Of a DNA stretch of 36,132 nt, positions 9,431 through 19,791 are shown piece after piece. The notes below the pieces were generated by a model, which worked only from the letters and a program-made list of their open reading frames with translations, had not been told where the DNA came from and ran no database searches. The stretch covers positions 1-36,132 of IMG/VR virus record IMGVR_UViG_3300018059_000029; one strand, 5' to 3'. This DNA is from a virus. Taxonomy: Duplodnaviria; Caudoviricetes. How positions within the stretch are numbered: position 1 is the first letter of the stretch; every line of letters begins with the position of its first letter. A program made the translations under genes and the position numbers.

Positions 9431-9891
9431 ACAACGTTGCACCGAACGCTGCGCCAGTGTTTGTGCTCCGCGATGTCGAACCTGCCAACGTGCGGCGTTG
9501 GTGGTCGATTGTCCGGCATGGGCTCGAGAAAGTTGTTGATCGAACAGATCCAGATTGGATTCCAGAGGACGTTTACGTTGCGCTTCGAAGCGGCGAGGCA
9601 AGCTTGCTTCTTGGTTTCGAAGATGACCTTTATGTAGGTTTCGCGGTCGTCTTGAAGCGCGTGCACCCGTTTGACGGAACACCAGTTCTTTTCATCTGGG
9701 CTTTGTACATCCGTACCATCGGCAAGCTTGACGCACTCATGGATCTTGTTCTTGCCAACGCGAAACAGGATGGATTCAAAAGCTTGGTGTTTCAAAGTCC
9801 AAGAAAAGCCTGGCAGCGCCGCTTGTGGGCGCGAGGGTTTAAGCTTCGTGAGCACATCTTTGAGTGCAAGCTAGGGGAGAAAAATGGCTAA
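9427..9891 (+). CDS. GNAT-fold acetyltransferase-like protein
   Basis: ATGA coupling; W.PEDVY..L, VGFAVV, LFIWALY, AK..G...L.F.SPR.AW.R pattern seen in podophage tail regions. Confidence 0.6.
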   Translation: MNNVAPNAAPVFVLRDVEPANVRRWWSIVRHGLEKVVDRTDPDWIPEDVYVALRSGEASLLLGFEDDLYVGFAVVLKRVHPFDGTPVLFIWALYIRTIGKLDALMDLVLANAKQDGFKSLVFQSPRKAWQRRLWARGFKLREHIFECKLGEKNG

Positions 9892-10816
9892 CGGTCTGCC
9901 TGCTGACCCGAATCAGATGGTCAACATCGACCCAGAGCAGTTGTTCGGGCCGGAAAATCTGACAACGACAGCGATTACAGATCTTCCAGACTGGCTCAAG
10001 CCTTATGCAACAGGACTGCTCGAGCGTGCGCAGCAGCTTTCGACGCGCAGCTATCCGTACCCGGACCAACGCGTCGCGGCGTTCAATCCAGCGCAGCGCG
10101 CAGGGCAAGCAGCAACGCTTGGTTACGCGCAGGGCAGCGGGCCGATGGTGGACATGGCCGACCGGCTCGCGATGGCCACGATGGGCGGTGCGTATCTTTA
10201 CCCGGAAACGAATCCATACCTCGCGGAGACGTACAAGCAAGGCGCGCGAGCGATGACGGATGAGTACAAGTACGCCACCGCGCCAACGACGGCAGCGAAC
10301 TTCGCGCGTGCGGGAGCGTTTGGTGGCTCTGCTATGGATCAAGAGCAAGAGCAGGAGCAGTTTGGCCTGGGTGAAAATCTTGCTTCGCTCGCGAACGCGG
10401 TCTTTGGTGGCAATTACCAGACGGAGCGACAGCGCCAGTATGGACAGCAGACGCTCACACCGGGCATCCTCGAGCAGCGGTACATTGGACCGCAACAGAT
10501 GATGAATGTTGGTGGTCAGCAACAGAGCCAAACGCAGAGCATGCTCAACACCGCATATCAGAATGCATACAATCGTGCGGACTGGCCCTACAAGTCGTTG
10601 GGTGTTATGGAAGGCGCACTCAACCCTATGCTTGGGACAGCAGGTGGTTCGACCACAACGACGTCTCCGAATCCAAACTATTCGAGTCCATTTGCGGACT
10701 TGGTCGGGCTTGGATTGATCAATGCGAATGGCAGTTATGGGTATGGTGGCGGCAGTGCGTTCCCTGGTGTCCGTCCAGGTGCAGCACCTGGCTTCGGCAC
10801 GGGCTATGGCTTCTAA
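9884..10816 (+). CDS. Probable DNA ejection/pilot protein
   Basis: TTT...LPDWLKPY, YP.QRVA.F.P.Q, NPYL, AGAFGGS motifs; Gln/Gly-rich. Confidence 0.65.
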   Translation: MANGLPADPNQMVNIDPEQLFGPENLTTTAITDLPDWLKPYATGLLERAQQLSTRSYPYPDQRVAAFNPAQRAGQAATLGYAQGSGPMVDMADRLAMATMGGAYLYPETNPYLAETYKQGARAMTDEYKYATAPTTAANFARAGAFGGSAMDQEQEQEQFGLGENLASLANAVFGGNYQTERQRQYGQQTLTPGILEQRYIGPQQMMNVGGQQQSQTQSMLNTAYQNAYNRADWPYKSLGVMEGALNPMLGTAGGSTTTTSPNPNYSSPFADLVGLGLINANGSYGYGGGSAFPGVRPGAAPGFGTGYGF

Positions 10817-10828
10817 GGAGAAACAAGC

Positions 10829-11554
10829 ATGAGCGGAAATCAGTCTTACATGGGTGGTGGACGCGGAAGCACATTCGCAAATCCACCTTCGGGCGCGACA
10901 GGTTCGGTGTACGATGCGATGGGGTTCTACAATGACCCTATGGGAGCTGGAAACCAAGGTGCGCCGGGAACTGGATTCCTAAGTCCTGGTGATCCAAATG
11001 GGGCTGGTGGTGGTGCGCCTGGGTGGATGTCGAACCCGATGCTAGGTGCGTACGGCAACATGTCGCCTGATCCCTTCGCAGGCCGGAACGAGCAATCAAT
11101 CTACGACTGGATCGGCTCGATGTACAACCAAGGGAACACGTTGTACAACCAGGGCAAGACAGATCGTGCAACACAGTCGAAGAAAGCACACCAGCAGCCG
11201 TTTACAGGGTTCCCTGCAGGTGGATGGACGGGGCCTGGTTCAGGTGCAGGAGTGCCACAAGGGATCGGTGACAGAGTGTTGCCGCCAGTCGCGATGCCGC
11301 CGCCTGGCACGCCATCCGATCCACAGCGATTGCCGCCAGTGGCTGGAACACCGCCAGGCCGACACAGTGGCCAGCCAAACGTGATGCCACCGCCGGGCTT
11401 CGGCCCAAATAATCAGTACGGCAATTCGGTTGGTCTAGGTCCGCCCACAGCAGGTACAGCAGAGGAGACAGGCCCTGGCAGTCTGCTCTGGAGAGCGCGG
11501 CGCCCGACGATCGACAAGTTCCGGAACCGACCACACTTTCCCTTCGGCGTTTGA
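10829..11554 (+). CDS. Gly/Pro-rich low-complexity protein (possible internal virion protein)
   Basis: TAAGGAG RBS; fills gap in ejection cluster. Confidence 0.5.
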   Translation: MSGNQSYMGGGRGSTFANPPSGATGSVYDAMGFYNDPMGAGNQGAPGTGFLSPGDPNGAGGGAPGWMSNPMLGAYGNMSPDPFAGRNEQSIYDWIGSMYNQGNTLYNQGKTDRATQSKKAHQQPFTGFPAGGWTGPGSGAGVPQGIGDRVLPPVAMPPPGTPSDPQRLPPVAGTPPGRHSGQPNVMPPPGFGPNNQYGNSVGLGPPTAGTAEETGPGSLLWRARRPTIDKFRNRPHFPFGV

Positions 11555-11562
11555 GGTGACTC

Positions 11563-12141
11563 ATGGCAAATGAGGAAGGTGGTGGAAGCAATTCTACCAT
11601 CCAAGACATCCTAGCAACGTATCAGATGCTCAGCTCATTGACGCCGCTGATTACCGCGGCGGCGACAGGTGGCTTTGATTCTGGCGGTGGCGGGCCTTCG
11701 CAACCAAGCGTGCTGCAAAACATGGTTGTGCAGTCACTTATCAACCCGAAAAAGCCGATTCAGGTGTCGATGCGCGACCTGATGAATCCGAACATCTTGG
11801 GTCTGGGGTCGCCGCGCCGGCCGAACCAGGCGCTCCCCTACGCGGCGGCTTCGATGCAGGCGTTTCCAGCAGTCTTGAAGGGCATCGGCGGGTTGACGAA
11901 CTTGCTTGGACTTGGACAGAAGCCAGGGCCAGGGCAGCCTGGTGGCGGCGCACCGACACCGATGATAGATCCGAACTCGATGAATTTTGGGGGATCGCTC
12001 GACTTTGGGGGAGGCAGCGCCGGGCCAGGCTTTGATCTTGGCCTTGGCGCCTACAACGATCCAGGCTACGGTGTGCTTGCAGACCCGAATGCCGGCCAGG
12101 GTTTTGATCCGAGCATGTTCTTCACTGACGCCACTTACTGA
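11563..12141 (+). CDS. Gly-rich hypothetical protein (possible internal virion protein)
   Basis: GAGGTG RBS; position in ejection cluster. Confidence 0.5.
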   Translation: MANEEGGGSNSTIQDILATYQMLSSLTPLITAAATGGFDSGGGGPSQPSVLQNMVVQSLINPKKPIQVSMRDLMNPNILGLGSPRRPNQALPYAAASMQAFPAVLKGIGGLTNLLGLGQKPGPGQPGGGAPTPMIDPNSMNFGGSLDFGGGSAGPGFDLGLGAYNDPGYGVLADPNAGQGFDPSMFFTDATY

Positions 12142-12152
12142 TGGAGTGACGA

Positions 12153-13127
12153 ATGCCGTCGCTACAAGAAATCTTGGGTCTCGGTGCTGGCCTTACAGAG
12201 ATGGCAGGCCAGACCATCGCACCTGCGCTTATGGATGTGTACGAGCAGCAGGTGAACGCGCGGAACACGAACAGCCAAGCTATGCTCGCAACAGGGCTTG
12301 GTATCTTGGCCGGCAACAAAGGCAACTATGGCGCGGCGATGCCGGCGATTGGTGCAGGCATGGCGGCTGGCGAGGACACGTACCAAAATGCAGTCAAGCT
12401 TCAACAGACAGACGCGATGAAGCGGATGCAGTTGCAGGCGAATATACTCAAGGCAAGAGAGCTGGCTAACTACCGCCGCGCACATCTTGACGAACTGCGC
12501 CAAACGAGGGAGGAGGCAACTTCGCAGCGTGGGCAAGCCGCGCAGTGGCGGCATGAAGACACACTCACGGCAATCGAGCAGCGGAGAGACGCAGCACTTG
12601 AGCGTGCGCAGACAGCAACGGACGCAGCGGAGCAGCGGCGGTGGTACGAGCAGGCACAGATCGAAGAAAAGAAGCTTCAGCGTGAGCAGCAAATGCGTAT
12701 TGCGGAGATGCACTCAGAGGACCTCGCGGCAGGGCGAGACTTGCGCGCGGATCTCATGAGCAACAAGCCGGCGCAGGTGCGTGTGAACGCGAAGGGTGAG
12801 CAGATCGAACGCGATCCGGTAACTGGCAACTGGACACCGTCACTCACACCTGAAGGCAAGCCCGTCATGGCGAACGTGAAGCCTGGGCCAGATGACATGG
12901 ACCTCATGCGACGCGCGTACCATCAGTACGTGCTCGACCTCGCGCCAGGTGAGGTAAAGATACCATTCGAGGATTGGTCTTCTTCTCAAGCTGGCCGCGA
13001 CAAGCTTCAGGAGATTCGAAAAGCAAAAGGCGAAATCACGCCGGGTATGTTCAAGTCCGGCGAAGGTTTTGGAAACATCCAAATCACCCGTGGCACGGTG
13101 CAACAAGCGGGGATGCCTAGCGAATGA
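12153..13127 (+). CDS. Probable ejection protein (glycine zipper plus coiled coil)
   Basis: MLATGLGILAG...AIGAGMAAG followed by long Gln/Glu/Arg coiled coil. Confidence 0.6.
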   Translation: MPSLQEILGLGAGLTEMAGQTIAPALMDVYEQQVNARNTNSQAMLATGLGILAGNKGNYGAAMPAIGAGMAAGEDTYQNAVKLQQTDAMKRMQLQANILKARELANYRRAHLDELRQTREEATSQRGQAAQWRHEDTLTAIEQRRDAALERAQTATDAAEQRRWYEQAQIEEKKLQREQQMRIAEMHSEDLAAGRDLRADLMSNKPAQVRVNAKGEQIERDPVTGNWTPSLTPEGKPVMANVKPGPDDMDLMRRAYHQYVLDLAPGEVKIPFEDWSSSQAGRDKLQEIRKAKGEITPGMFKSGEGFGNIQITRGTVQQAGMPSE

Positions 13128-16100
13128 AGATCGCGTTCTCAGCTCCTGGTGGCGAAACGATAAGTTTCGACGCTCCAGAAGACGCGACCGCCGACGCGAT
13201 TCAGTCGGAGATCGACAGTCTTCAGAAGCAGTATCTTGAGCACTACTCGCCGTCACAGTTACGCCTGAAGACAGGAAAGCCGCTCGTCACAAGCGAACTC
13301 AAGTCACCGACAGCATACGAGGCAGGGAAGCAGGCATTGGTTGGAGGTGCAAAAGAGCTCATTTCTGGTGTCAAGGGCATCACACACATTTCAACGCCTG
13401 AAGAGCTCGCGCAGCCGCAAGAGCTTCTGCCTGAAGGAAGTCCCGCACGCAAGATTTTCGAAGGTGGCATGAGCATGGTGAACACCTTGCCGGCCGCAGC
13501 GGGCCAAGGAGCCATGAACGTGACCGGTTCGCCGTTGCTGGCGACTGGAGTTCAGCTTGCGACGCCGTTGTCACCACTGGGCGTTGCGAAAGGACTCGGA
13601 CGCGCAGCAACAGCCTATCGCGCGCGAGGCACGGCAGAGGTGGCAGGTGGCCTTGAGTCCGCGCTTTCAGAAATCACGCCACCAAAAAAAGCCTCGCCAC
13701 CGCCAGTGATGCCAGTACGGACGCCGGCTGAAATCGGTGCGTCGGCACTGGACTTGCCAGCGACAACGCTTCCGGTGCCGATTGCTGCAAAGGCGAAAGG
13801 CAAGAAACCTGCCGTCTCTGCACCGACGATTGAGCTTGAAGATTGGGTTGACCTGTCGCGGTCGATGTTTGACGAAGCACCACCGACGAAGGTACGAACA
13901 CAGTCTGGCCGGCGCGGCAAGGTTATTCGAGACGAAGCTGGTGGGCGCGCGGTTGTAGCTGGCGACGACGGCATCACGACAACAGAAGCAGCGCACACGC
14001 TGTCGTTGGATGAAATTGGTCCAACGGTGCCTGAGGCACGTGCGGCAGGGGGGAAGGTCGGAGCGAAGCTCGACGAAACGCAAGCACTCATCAATCGCTT
14101 GCTTGAGGGCGAGACGCCGCCAGCACGCCTAGGCGCGACAAGATTCAAGTCTCAAGCAGCGCAAGAAGCCGAGCTCGAGGTGGGTTTCAGGGCGCAGGTT
14201 GAGCGCTCTGATGTGCCGAGTGACAGAGCGTACGCGGAGCAGCTTTCAGCTGAAGTCAACGCGCAGAAGCCATCGCGGGCAGAGGCTTTGCACGCAACGG
14301 AGGCGGAGCAAGTCGGCTTGCGGCCGGCAATCAAAGTTGGTGGCAAAGTCATAGCCGGCGAAGTCGGCCAAGTGCACAATGACGTTCTCGAGAAAATGCC
14401 TGCGGTGCAGGAGGCGGTTGCAAAGGGCAAGCTACCAGAAGCAGACACGCATGGCTACGTTGACGCTAGTGGAAAGTTCCTTTCACGGAAGGAAGCGACG
14501 GACTTCGTTGGAACGTCAGAGGACGTGCTGGCCGCGCAAGGTGAGCAATTTGTGCCGGAGGCGGCGAAGGTCGCGCCTGCGAAGCCGGTCGCCCGGCGTC
14601 GAGCGGTTGCGCCGAAGGCGGTTCCTGTTCCTGAGCTTCCGAGCGATCCTGGCCTAGCGCCTGTTGCGACTTCGCATGCAGAGCTCCGTCAGCGATTCAA
14701 CGAGCTTGCGCGTGGCGGCAAACTTGACGAAGCTAAAGCCGTCGCTGCGCAACTCAAAGCACTCGGGCCAGAGCCGAAGGTTCCGACTCCAATCAAGCCG
14801 GCTGCGCTGGAAGCAAAACCTGTAGCTGCCGCGCCAGCCGCTGAACCTTTTGCACCTGGCAAAAAGCCTGCAAAACCGCGAACGAAGGTTGCCGCGCCCG
14901 TCCCACCCGCGATTCCAGAGCTCGCGCGTGCGTGGGAGTTCGAGAAGCGCCGCGACCCCAAAGTTGCACAGGCGGACTTTGTCTACAACATCGCGACAGG
15001 GCAGATTCCGTATGGGTTAGCTCCAGCCGAAGAGCTGATCTACCGCGAAGCGCACGAGGCGGTTAAGAGCAATCCAGCCTTTGCGCAAATCGCCAAAGCT
15101 GCGGCAACGATTGCTGGAACGAAGCCAGCTGTCGCGCCACCTTTGGTGAGGCCGTCCGCGGAAGTGCGCGCGATGCTGCCTGAGGCAAACAGAGTTGCCA
15201 GCGACGCAGTGAAAACAGCCCACGGCTTGACCAACGCTGTCGAGCCCAACATTGGTGATCGCGTTTCGACGGCCAAAGGAGAAGGGCTTGTTGAAGACCT
15301 TTCCATTGGAACTTCCGGTGAACTCATTGCCGAAGTGCGCTTGACCAATGGACAGTTGCACAAAACGCCTTATGTCTTCAAAGCGCTAACAAGTGAGAAG
15401 GGCGCATTTGTGCCGACCCTCGTACCTGACCTTGCCAAGGCGCTCGCGACTCGCGCGGTCAACGCGGCGCGAATCATTAGCCAAGAAGTTCGCCGCGGCA
15501 TCGCACCGGGGACAATTAGCAAGGAAGGCCAGCTTGGTTCGCGTATCCTTCGCCGCGCCCTTGGTGAAACCAATGCGTACCACTCGAAGCTCGAGCATCT
15601 GTTGACAGAAGTCGACACGTTCTACGATCGCTTCTCAAACGCAGAACTTGTCCACAGCTATCAGCGGATGCACAATGGAACGCCTCAAGTTGGACCACAC
15701 GCGAAGGAGTTGGACCAGCTTGCTGCAACGTTTCGTGGCTTGCTTGCACGCAAAGAGGCAGAGTACGCGAGGCACGGTTGGGGGCTTGACGTCAAGTCCA
15801 ACCTTGTCGCATCGCTTTTCAAGGACACCAAGCGGGCAAGCTTGTTTGCCGACATCGCTACCGCACGGAGCGCGTCGTTCGCACGGATCACGCGCGCACT
15901 CAACGGAATGATGCCACCAGAGCGGCAACAGTTTTTCCTCAACATGATGGGAGGTCACCCACAAGCGAGTGCATACCTGACTGGTATGTCAGACGAACGC
16001 CTTGGGCCTTTCTTCAAAACCTTCAAAGACCCCAACAACGCGCAGCGGACTTTCAATAGATTTTACGGTCCGAATGGTGTGGCGGGCTCAAAAAAGGCTC

Positions 16101-18208
16101 ACTACGATTTCTTCGCGGAAGGCTTGTTGAGTGAACTCGAGCCGCACAGCTACTCGCCGGCGCGGCTTGTTCAGAGTCGTTTGTACCAGATGGAAAAAGG
16201 GCTTATGCTGAATAAGCTCTTTGAGCTGCTGAAACCTGAAATGAAGCTTTCACGTCTTGCCGAGCGTAAACCGGATGGCTATGATGCGGTGAAGTTTCTT
16301 CCAGCACTGACTACACGTCAGGCAAAGAACTACAATGTACTCGGCCCCGCAGCTTGGTACGCACCATCAGACATCGCGCGGATCATCAACAACGAGTTGC
16401 AGCCCGGCTTGCGAGGAAATAAACTTTACGACCTGGCACGCGACACGACGATGCTTCAGACAATGAGTCGTTTAGGGGTGAGCTACTTCCATGCCGTCGA
16501 TATCACCTTGGGATCAGTACAGACAGCTGTTGGTGACGCAGTTCAGATGCTTGTGAATGATCATACGTTGCGCGGGTTCAAAGAGCTGCCAAAGACGCTC
16601 GTTCCTTACAACATCGGCAAGCGTGCACGAGAAGAGTTTTTCAAGAACTGGGACACAGGGAATCCGATCGACCAAACGTTGCAGTACTTGATTCAAAGCA
16701 ACGTGCGGACGGGTCATGATGAGCAGTACGCGCAGCATTTCATTCGTGCGTGGGACCGCGCCTTGGCACAGCACGACTATGGCAAAGCTACGTTGAACGC
16801 GTTCCCAGCGATGCTCCAGGCTATCTCGCGACCGATGTTCGAAACGCTTATTCCGAACATTAAGATCGGAGCGGACATCATCCGTGCACAGCGCGTTTTG
16901 GAGAAGTTGCCGCCTGGCGCGAAACTTGACACGATCCTAGAGAAGATGAGCTCTGTCGTCGACGAAGGTGACAACATCTTCGGCGCGGTCAACTATCAAA
17001 ACTACCACCTGCCAAAGTGGGCGAAGGATGCGTTGTTTGTGACGTTCCAAGCGCCTGGCTGGTTTCTTGGTTCCGCGCGGCAGTACTTTGGGGCAGGTGG
17101 CGAACTTGGCACAACAGCGAAAGACCTACTCTCTGGTCGTGGATTCAAGATCGGAAGCAAAACTGCTTTCTGGCTTGGGACAGGTTTGGTAGACGCAACA
17201 TTCAATTCGCTCATGCAGTTTGCGTTGACAGGAACATTTCCGGAGGTTGTGCGTCCAGAGAGCCCGAGTGATGTTCCGCAAGCGATGCTGCAGACGATCA
17301 AGAATTTCGTGACCTACAAGACTGGGCGTACGTTGGCAAACGGAGAGCCTGAGCGTGCGATTGCTCCAGGTTACACGAAGGAATTCGCGCACTTGACCCG
17401 CGCGTTGACACATGGAGTGCCGGGTGTCCTTGACTACATGTCAAGCAAGCTTGCGGCAACGTGGCAGGACGCTTACTATCAGGCATTCAATAGAGACTGG
17501 ACAGGAACGGAAATCGCGACACCAGCGAATTGGTTAGACGTCAAGGGACGTGCCAAGAATCTTAATGAGCGTGCGATGTACGAACTAAAAGCAAACACTC
17601 CAATCTCGTTGCAGATGATGGCGAAGAGCGCACGGAGTGTGGGGGAAATTCCTTTTCGTGCAAACCGGACAAAGTTAGACACAGCAAAAGACATCGTTGG
17701 TGCAGTCGTGCAGCCTACGCGGCCAGTGCACACAGCACGCAACCTTCTTGGCAGCCTCTTTGGTGCAGCGCAGGCACCGGCGTACATGACGCGCTCGAAG
17801 TTGACAAACTTCCTTTTTGAACAAAAGCGAACAACAGCAGGGCGTTCGGTTGAGAAAGCTGAGGCGGCCAGCCAAAAGTACGATCTTACGAACGCCATGC
17901 GCCGCGCGAAAACTGTCCAAGAGCGCGCACAGCTGCAACGCGAAGCGGCGAAGGATAAGCAGCTTAGTCAGCATGATATCACCGAAGCTACGAAGCACGC
18001 GAGCATGTCGTCGATTCAGCTTGCGACGGAACATGCGTCGCTCGAGGTTATGCTCAAAGGCATGGAGTACGCTTCGCCTGAGGAGCGGCGGGAGCTTCTC
18101 CCCATAATCATCAAACGCTGGAACAACGTCGCACAAAACTTGTCGCCGCAGAAGCGCCAGCAGCTTCAACAGCAGCTTTCGGCCTACATGCCTCAGAGGA
18201 GACAGTAA
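13124..18208 (+). CDS. Large internal virion / DNA-injection protein (1694 aa)
   Basis: Longest ORF, last of ejection cluster, ATGA coupled; Ala/Pro/Lys-rich N-half, helical C-half; no catalytic motif recognised. Confidence 0.65.
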   Translation: MKIAFSAPGGETISFDAPEDATADAIQSEIDSLQKQYLEHYSPSQLRLKTGKPLVTSELKSPTAYEAGKQALVGGAKELISGVKGITHISTPEELAQPQELLPEGSPARKIFEGGMSMVNTLPAAAGQGAMNVTGSPLLATGVQLATPLSPLGVAKGLGRAATAYRARGTAEVAGGLESALSEITPPKKASPPPVMPVRTPAEIGASALDLPATTLPVPIAAKAKGKKPAVSAPTIELEDWVDLSRSMFDEAPPTKVRTQSGRRGKVIRDEAGGRAVVAGDDGITTTEAAHTLSLDEIGPTVPEARAAGGKVGAKLDETQALINRLLEGETPPARLGATRFKSQAAQEAELEVGFRAQVERSDVPSDRAYAEQLSAEVNAQKPSRAEALHATEAEQVGLRPAIKVGGKVIAGEVGQVHNDVLEKMPAVQEAVAKGKLPEADTHGYVDASGKFLSRKEATDFVGTSEDVLAAQGEQFVPEAAKVAPAKPVARRRAVAPKAVPVPELPSDPGLAPVATSHAELRQRFNELARGGKLDEAKAVAAQLKALGPEPKVPTPIKPAALEAKPVAAAPAAEPFAPGKKPAKPRTKVAAPVPPAIPELARAWEFEKRRDPKVAQADFVYNIATGQIPYGLAPAEELIYREAHEAVKSNPAFAQIAKAAATIAGTKPAVAPPLVRPSAEVRAMLPEANRVASDAVKTAHGLTNAVEPNIGDRVSTAKGEGLVEDLSIGTSGELIAEVRLTNGQLHKTPYVFKALTSEKGAFVPTLVPDLAKALATRAVNAARIISQEVRRGIAPGTISKEGQLGSRILRRALGETNAYHSKLEHLLTEVDTFYDRFSNAELVHSYQRMHNGTPQVGPHAKELDQLAATFRGLLARKEAEYARHGWGLDVKSNLVASLFKDTKRASLFADIATARSASFARITRALNGMMPPERQQFFLNMMGGHPQASAYLTGMSDERLGPFFKTFKDPNNAQRTFNRFYGPNGVAGSKKAHYDFFAEGLLSELEPHSYSPARLVQSRLYQMEKGLMLNKLFELLKPEMKLSRLAERKPDGYDAVKFLPALTTRQAKNYNVLGPAAWYAPSDIARIINNELQPGLRGNKLYDLARDTTMLQTMSRLGVSYFHAVDITLGSVQTAVGDAVQMLVNDHTLRGFKELPKTLVPYNIGKRAREEFFKNWDTGNPIDQTLQYLIQSNVRTGHDEQYAQHFIRAWDRALAQHDYGKATLNAFPAMLQAISRPMFETLIPNIKIGADIIRAQRVLEKLPPGAKLDTILEKMSSVVDEGDNIFGAVNYQNYHLPKWAKDALFVTFQAPGWFLGSARQYFGAGGELGTTAKDLLSGRGFKIGSKTAFWLGTGLVDATFNSLMQFALTGTFPEVVRPESPSDVPQAMLQTIKNFVTYKTGRTLANGEPERAIAPGYTKEFAHLTRALTHGVPGVLDYMSSKLAATWQDAYYQAFNRDWTGTEIATPANWLDVKGRAKNLNERAMYELKANTPISLQMMAKSARSVGEIPFRANRTKLDTAKDIVGAVVQPTRPVHTARNLLGSLFGAAQAPAYMTRSKLTNFLFEQKRTTAGRSVEKAEAASQKYDLTNAMRRAKTVQERAQLQREAAKDKQLSQHDITEATKHASMSSIQLATEHASLEVMLKGMEYASPEERRELLPIIIKRWNNVAQNLSPQKRQQLQQQLSAYMPQRRQ
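14846..14866. promoter_or_regulatory. Degenerate palindrome copy CCTTTTGCA-cct-GGCAAAAAG
   Basis: 2 mismatches to consensus; inside a CDS. Confidence 0.35.
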
Positions 18209-19431
18209 TGCCTTTGCCGGACTCAAACATAACGCTGTGGACGCCTGGCTATCCAGGGGTTGACACGAACATCCCGCTTGGCTCGGACATCATCGGAACG
18301 AACCTTGACGATCAGTTTCGGGTGATTAAGAGTGTTGCTCGTGCAGAGTCCATCAACAAGAGCTGGGAGCGCTGGAAGGGTCTTTACGGGACGCTGACGT
18401 TTGTAGACACGACGCATTTCAGGTTTGCGGGAGACCAGGTGACTCCTCCTGGTCCGTGCATCGTTGGTCGGCGGATCAAAGCGACTGTCACGGCAGGAAC
18501 AGTCGAAGGCTACATCACCATTGCACTGTTCGACGGCGTCAACACGAACGTCACGGTGGTAATGGATGGAGCTTCTGTTCTCGACGCGGGACTTTCGGAG
18601 GTTCAGTTCGGCATCATGGTTGACGCACTGCCTCAAGGAGTGCTCAATCCGACGAACAATCCAAACTACGTTGTTGCAGCGGGCACGGATACGTACACTG
18701 CGGCGCTGTCACCGGCGATCACGGCGTACATTGCAGGTGTTCCATACTACGTTCAGTTCGTCAACCCCAACACTGGCGCGTCGACGTTGAATCTCAACGG
18801 CCTTGGTGCGATCGCAATCAAGAAGAACGTCTCTGTCGCACTCGTTTCAGGCGATCTTGTCGCTAACATCATCGGAATTTTGATCTACGACGGCACGAAC
18901 TTCCAGCTCGTGGGCGTCGCAACGTTCGGTGGCGCACCGTTGCCCTCGACGACGCAGGTCCAGATGGGCGTTGGAACAGGCTACGCGAACTTGGGCGGCG
19001 AGTTCAGCAAGCAGGTTGGCTCAGTTGGCAACCTGGCCGGCGGTGCAAACACGACACTTTTCACCGCGACGTTTCCTGCCAACTCGTTCGATGTGAACGG
19101 ACGGATGTTCCGCCTGACCGTCATGGGCACAGCAGCGCTCAATGGGGACTCGAAGCACGTGCGCATAAGTACCGCAGGCTTCAATCGGCAGCTTGGCCTT
19201 GACCCTGATGGTTCATGGTCGTTCATTGCGCTCGGTGTACGCGCCTCTGCTACATCAATTTGGCTGGACAGCTTCGGCAGCTCGTCTAGTGGAAGTGCCG
19301 GCGCGAACACGTTAGCGCTGATCGCTGTTCCAGACCTGGCTATCAACGCGCTGACAATTGGACTTGTTGGCGCAAGCAGCCAAGCGAACAATCTCGTTGC
19401 CAAAGTATTCATTTTGGAGTTCATCAACTAG
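18208..19431 (+). CDS. Tail fibre/spike-like protein
   Basis: NLDDQFRVIKS anchor helix; NTGASTLNLNGLGA.AI fibre module and YDGTNFQL; no signal peptide. Confidence 0.7.
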   Translation: MPLPDSNITLWTPGYPGVDTNIPLGSDIIGTNLDDQFRVIKSVARAESINKSWERWKGLYGTLTFVDTTHFRFAGDQVTPPGPCIVGRRIKATVTAGTVEGYITIALFDGVNTNVTVVMDGASVLDAGLSEVQFGIMVDALPQGVLNPTNNPNYVVAAGTDTYTAALSPAITAYIAGVPYYVQFVNPNTGASTLNLNGLGAIAIKKNVSVALVSGDLVANIIGILIYDGTNFQLVGVATFGGAPLPSTTQVQMGVGTGYANLGGEFSKQVGSVGNLAGGANTTLFTATFPANSFDVNGRMFRLTVMGTAALNGDSKHVRISTAGFNRQLGLDPDGSWSFIALGVRASATSIWLDSFGSSSSGSAGANTLALIAVPDLAINALTIGLVGASSQANNLVAKVFILEFIN

Positions 19432-19446
19432 ACGTAGGGAGGAAGT

Positions 19447-19791
19447 ATGCGAAGAAACATTCTGTACATAGCGCTAGCGCTGCTCTGGTTCGCTGGACCT
19501 CTCTACGCGAGGGGTTTTCGAACTGGTCAGGCTGACATCACAGTCGGCACGGCAGTCAAGGTCGGAGATGCTGGCGCACGTGCGGTGTTGACCATCGTCA
19601 ACCACGACGGAACGAATCCGATTTTCTGTGGAAGCGCGGCAGTTGCATCGACGACAGGCTTGCGACTCGCGGCCGGGGTGGGCTTTACGATCTCTGGCTC
19701 TAGCCAAATCGCACCGCCGGCGGAGTTCGATATTTACTGTGTCGCCACAGGCGGGACGGTTCGCGTGAGCTTTTGGGAGGACTTGCGATGA
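19447..19791 (+). CDS. Signal-peptide-bearing small beta-sandwich protein
   Basis: GGAGG RBS; MRRNILYIALALLWFAGPLYA signal; R..LTI.N....IF.G...V....G..L..G pattern; 2 Cys. Confidence 0.7.
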   Translation: MRRNILYIALALLWFAGPLYARGFRTGQADITVGTAVKVGDAGARAVLTIVNHDGTNPIFCGSAAVASTTGLRLAAGVGFTISGSSQIAPPAEFDIYCVATGGTVRVSFWEDLR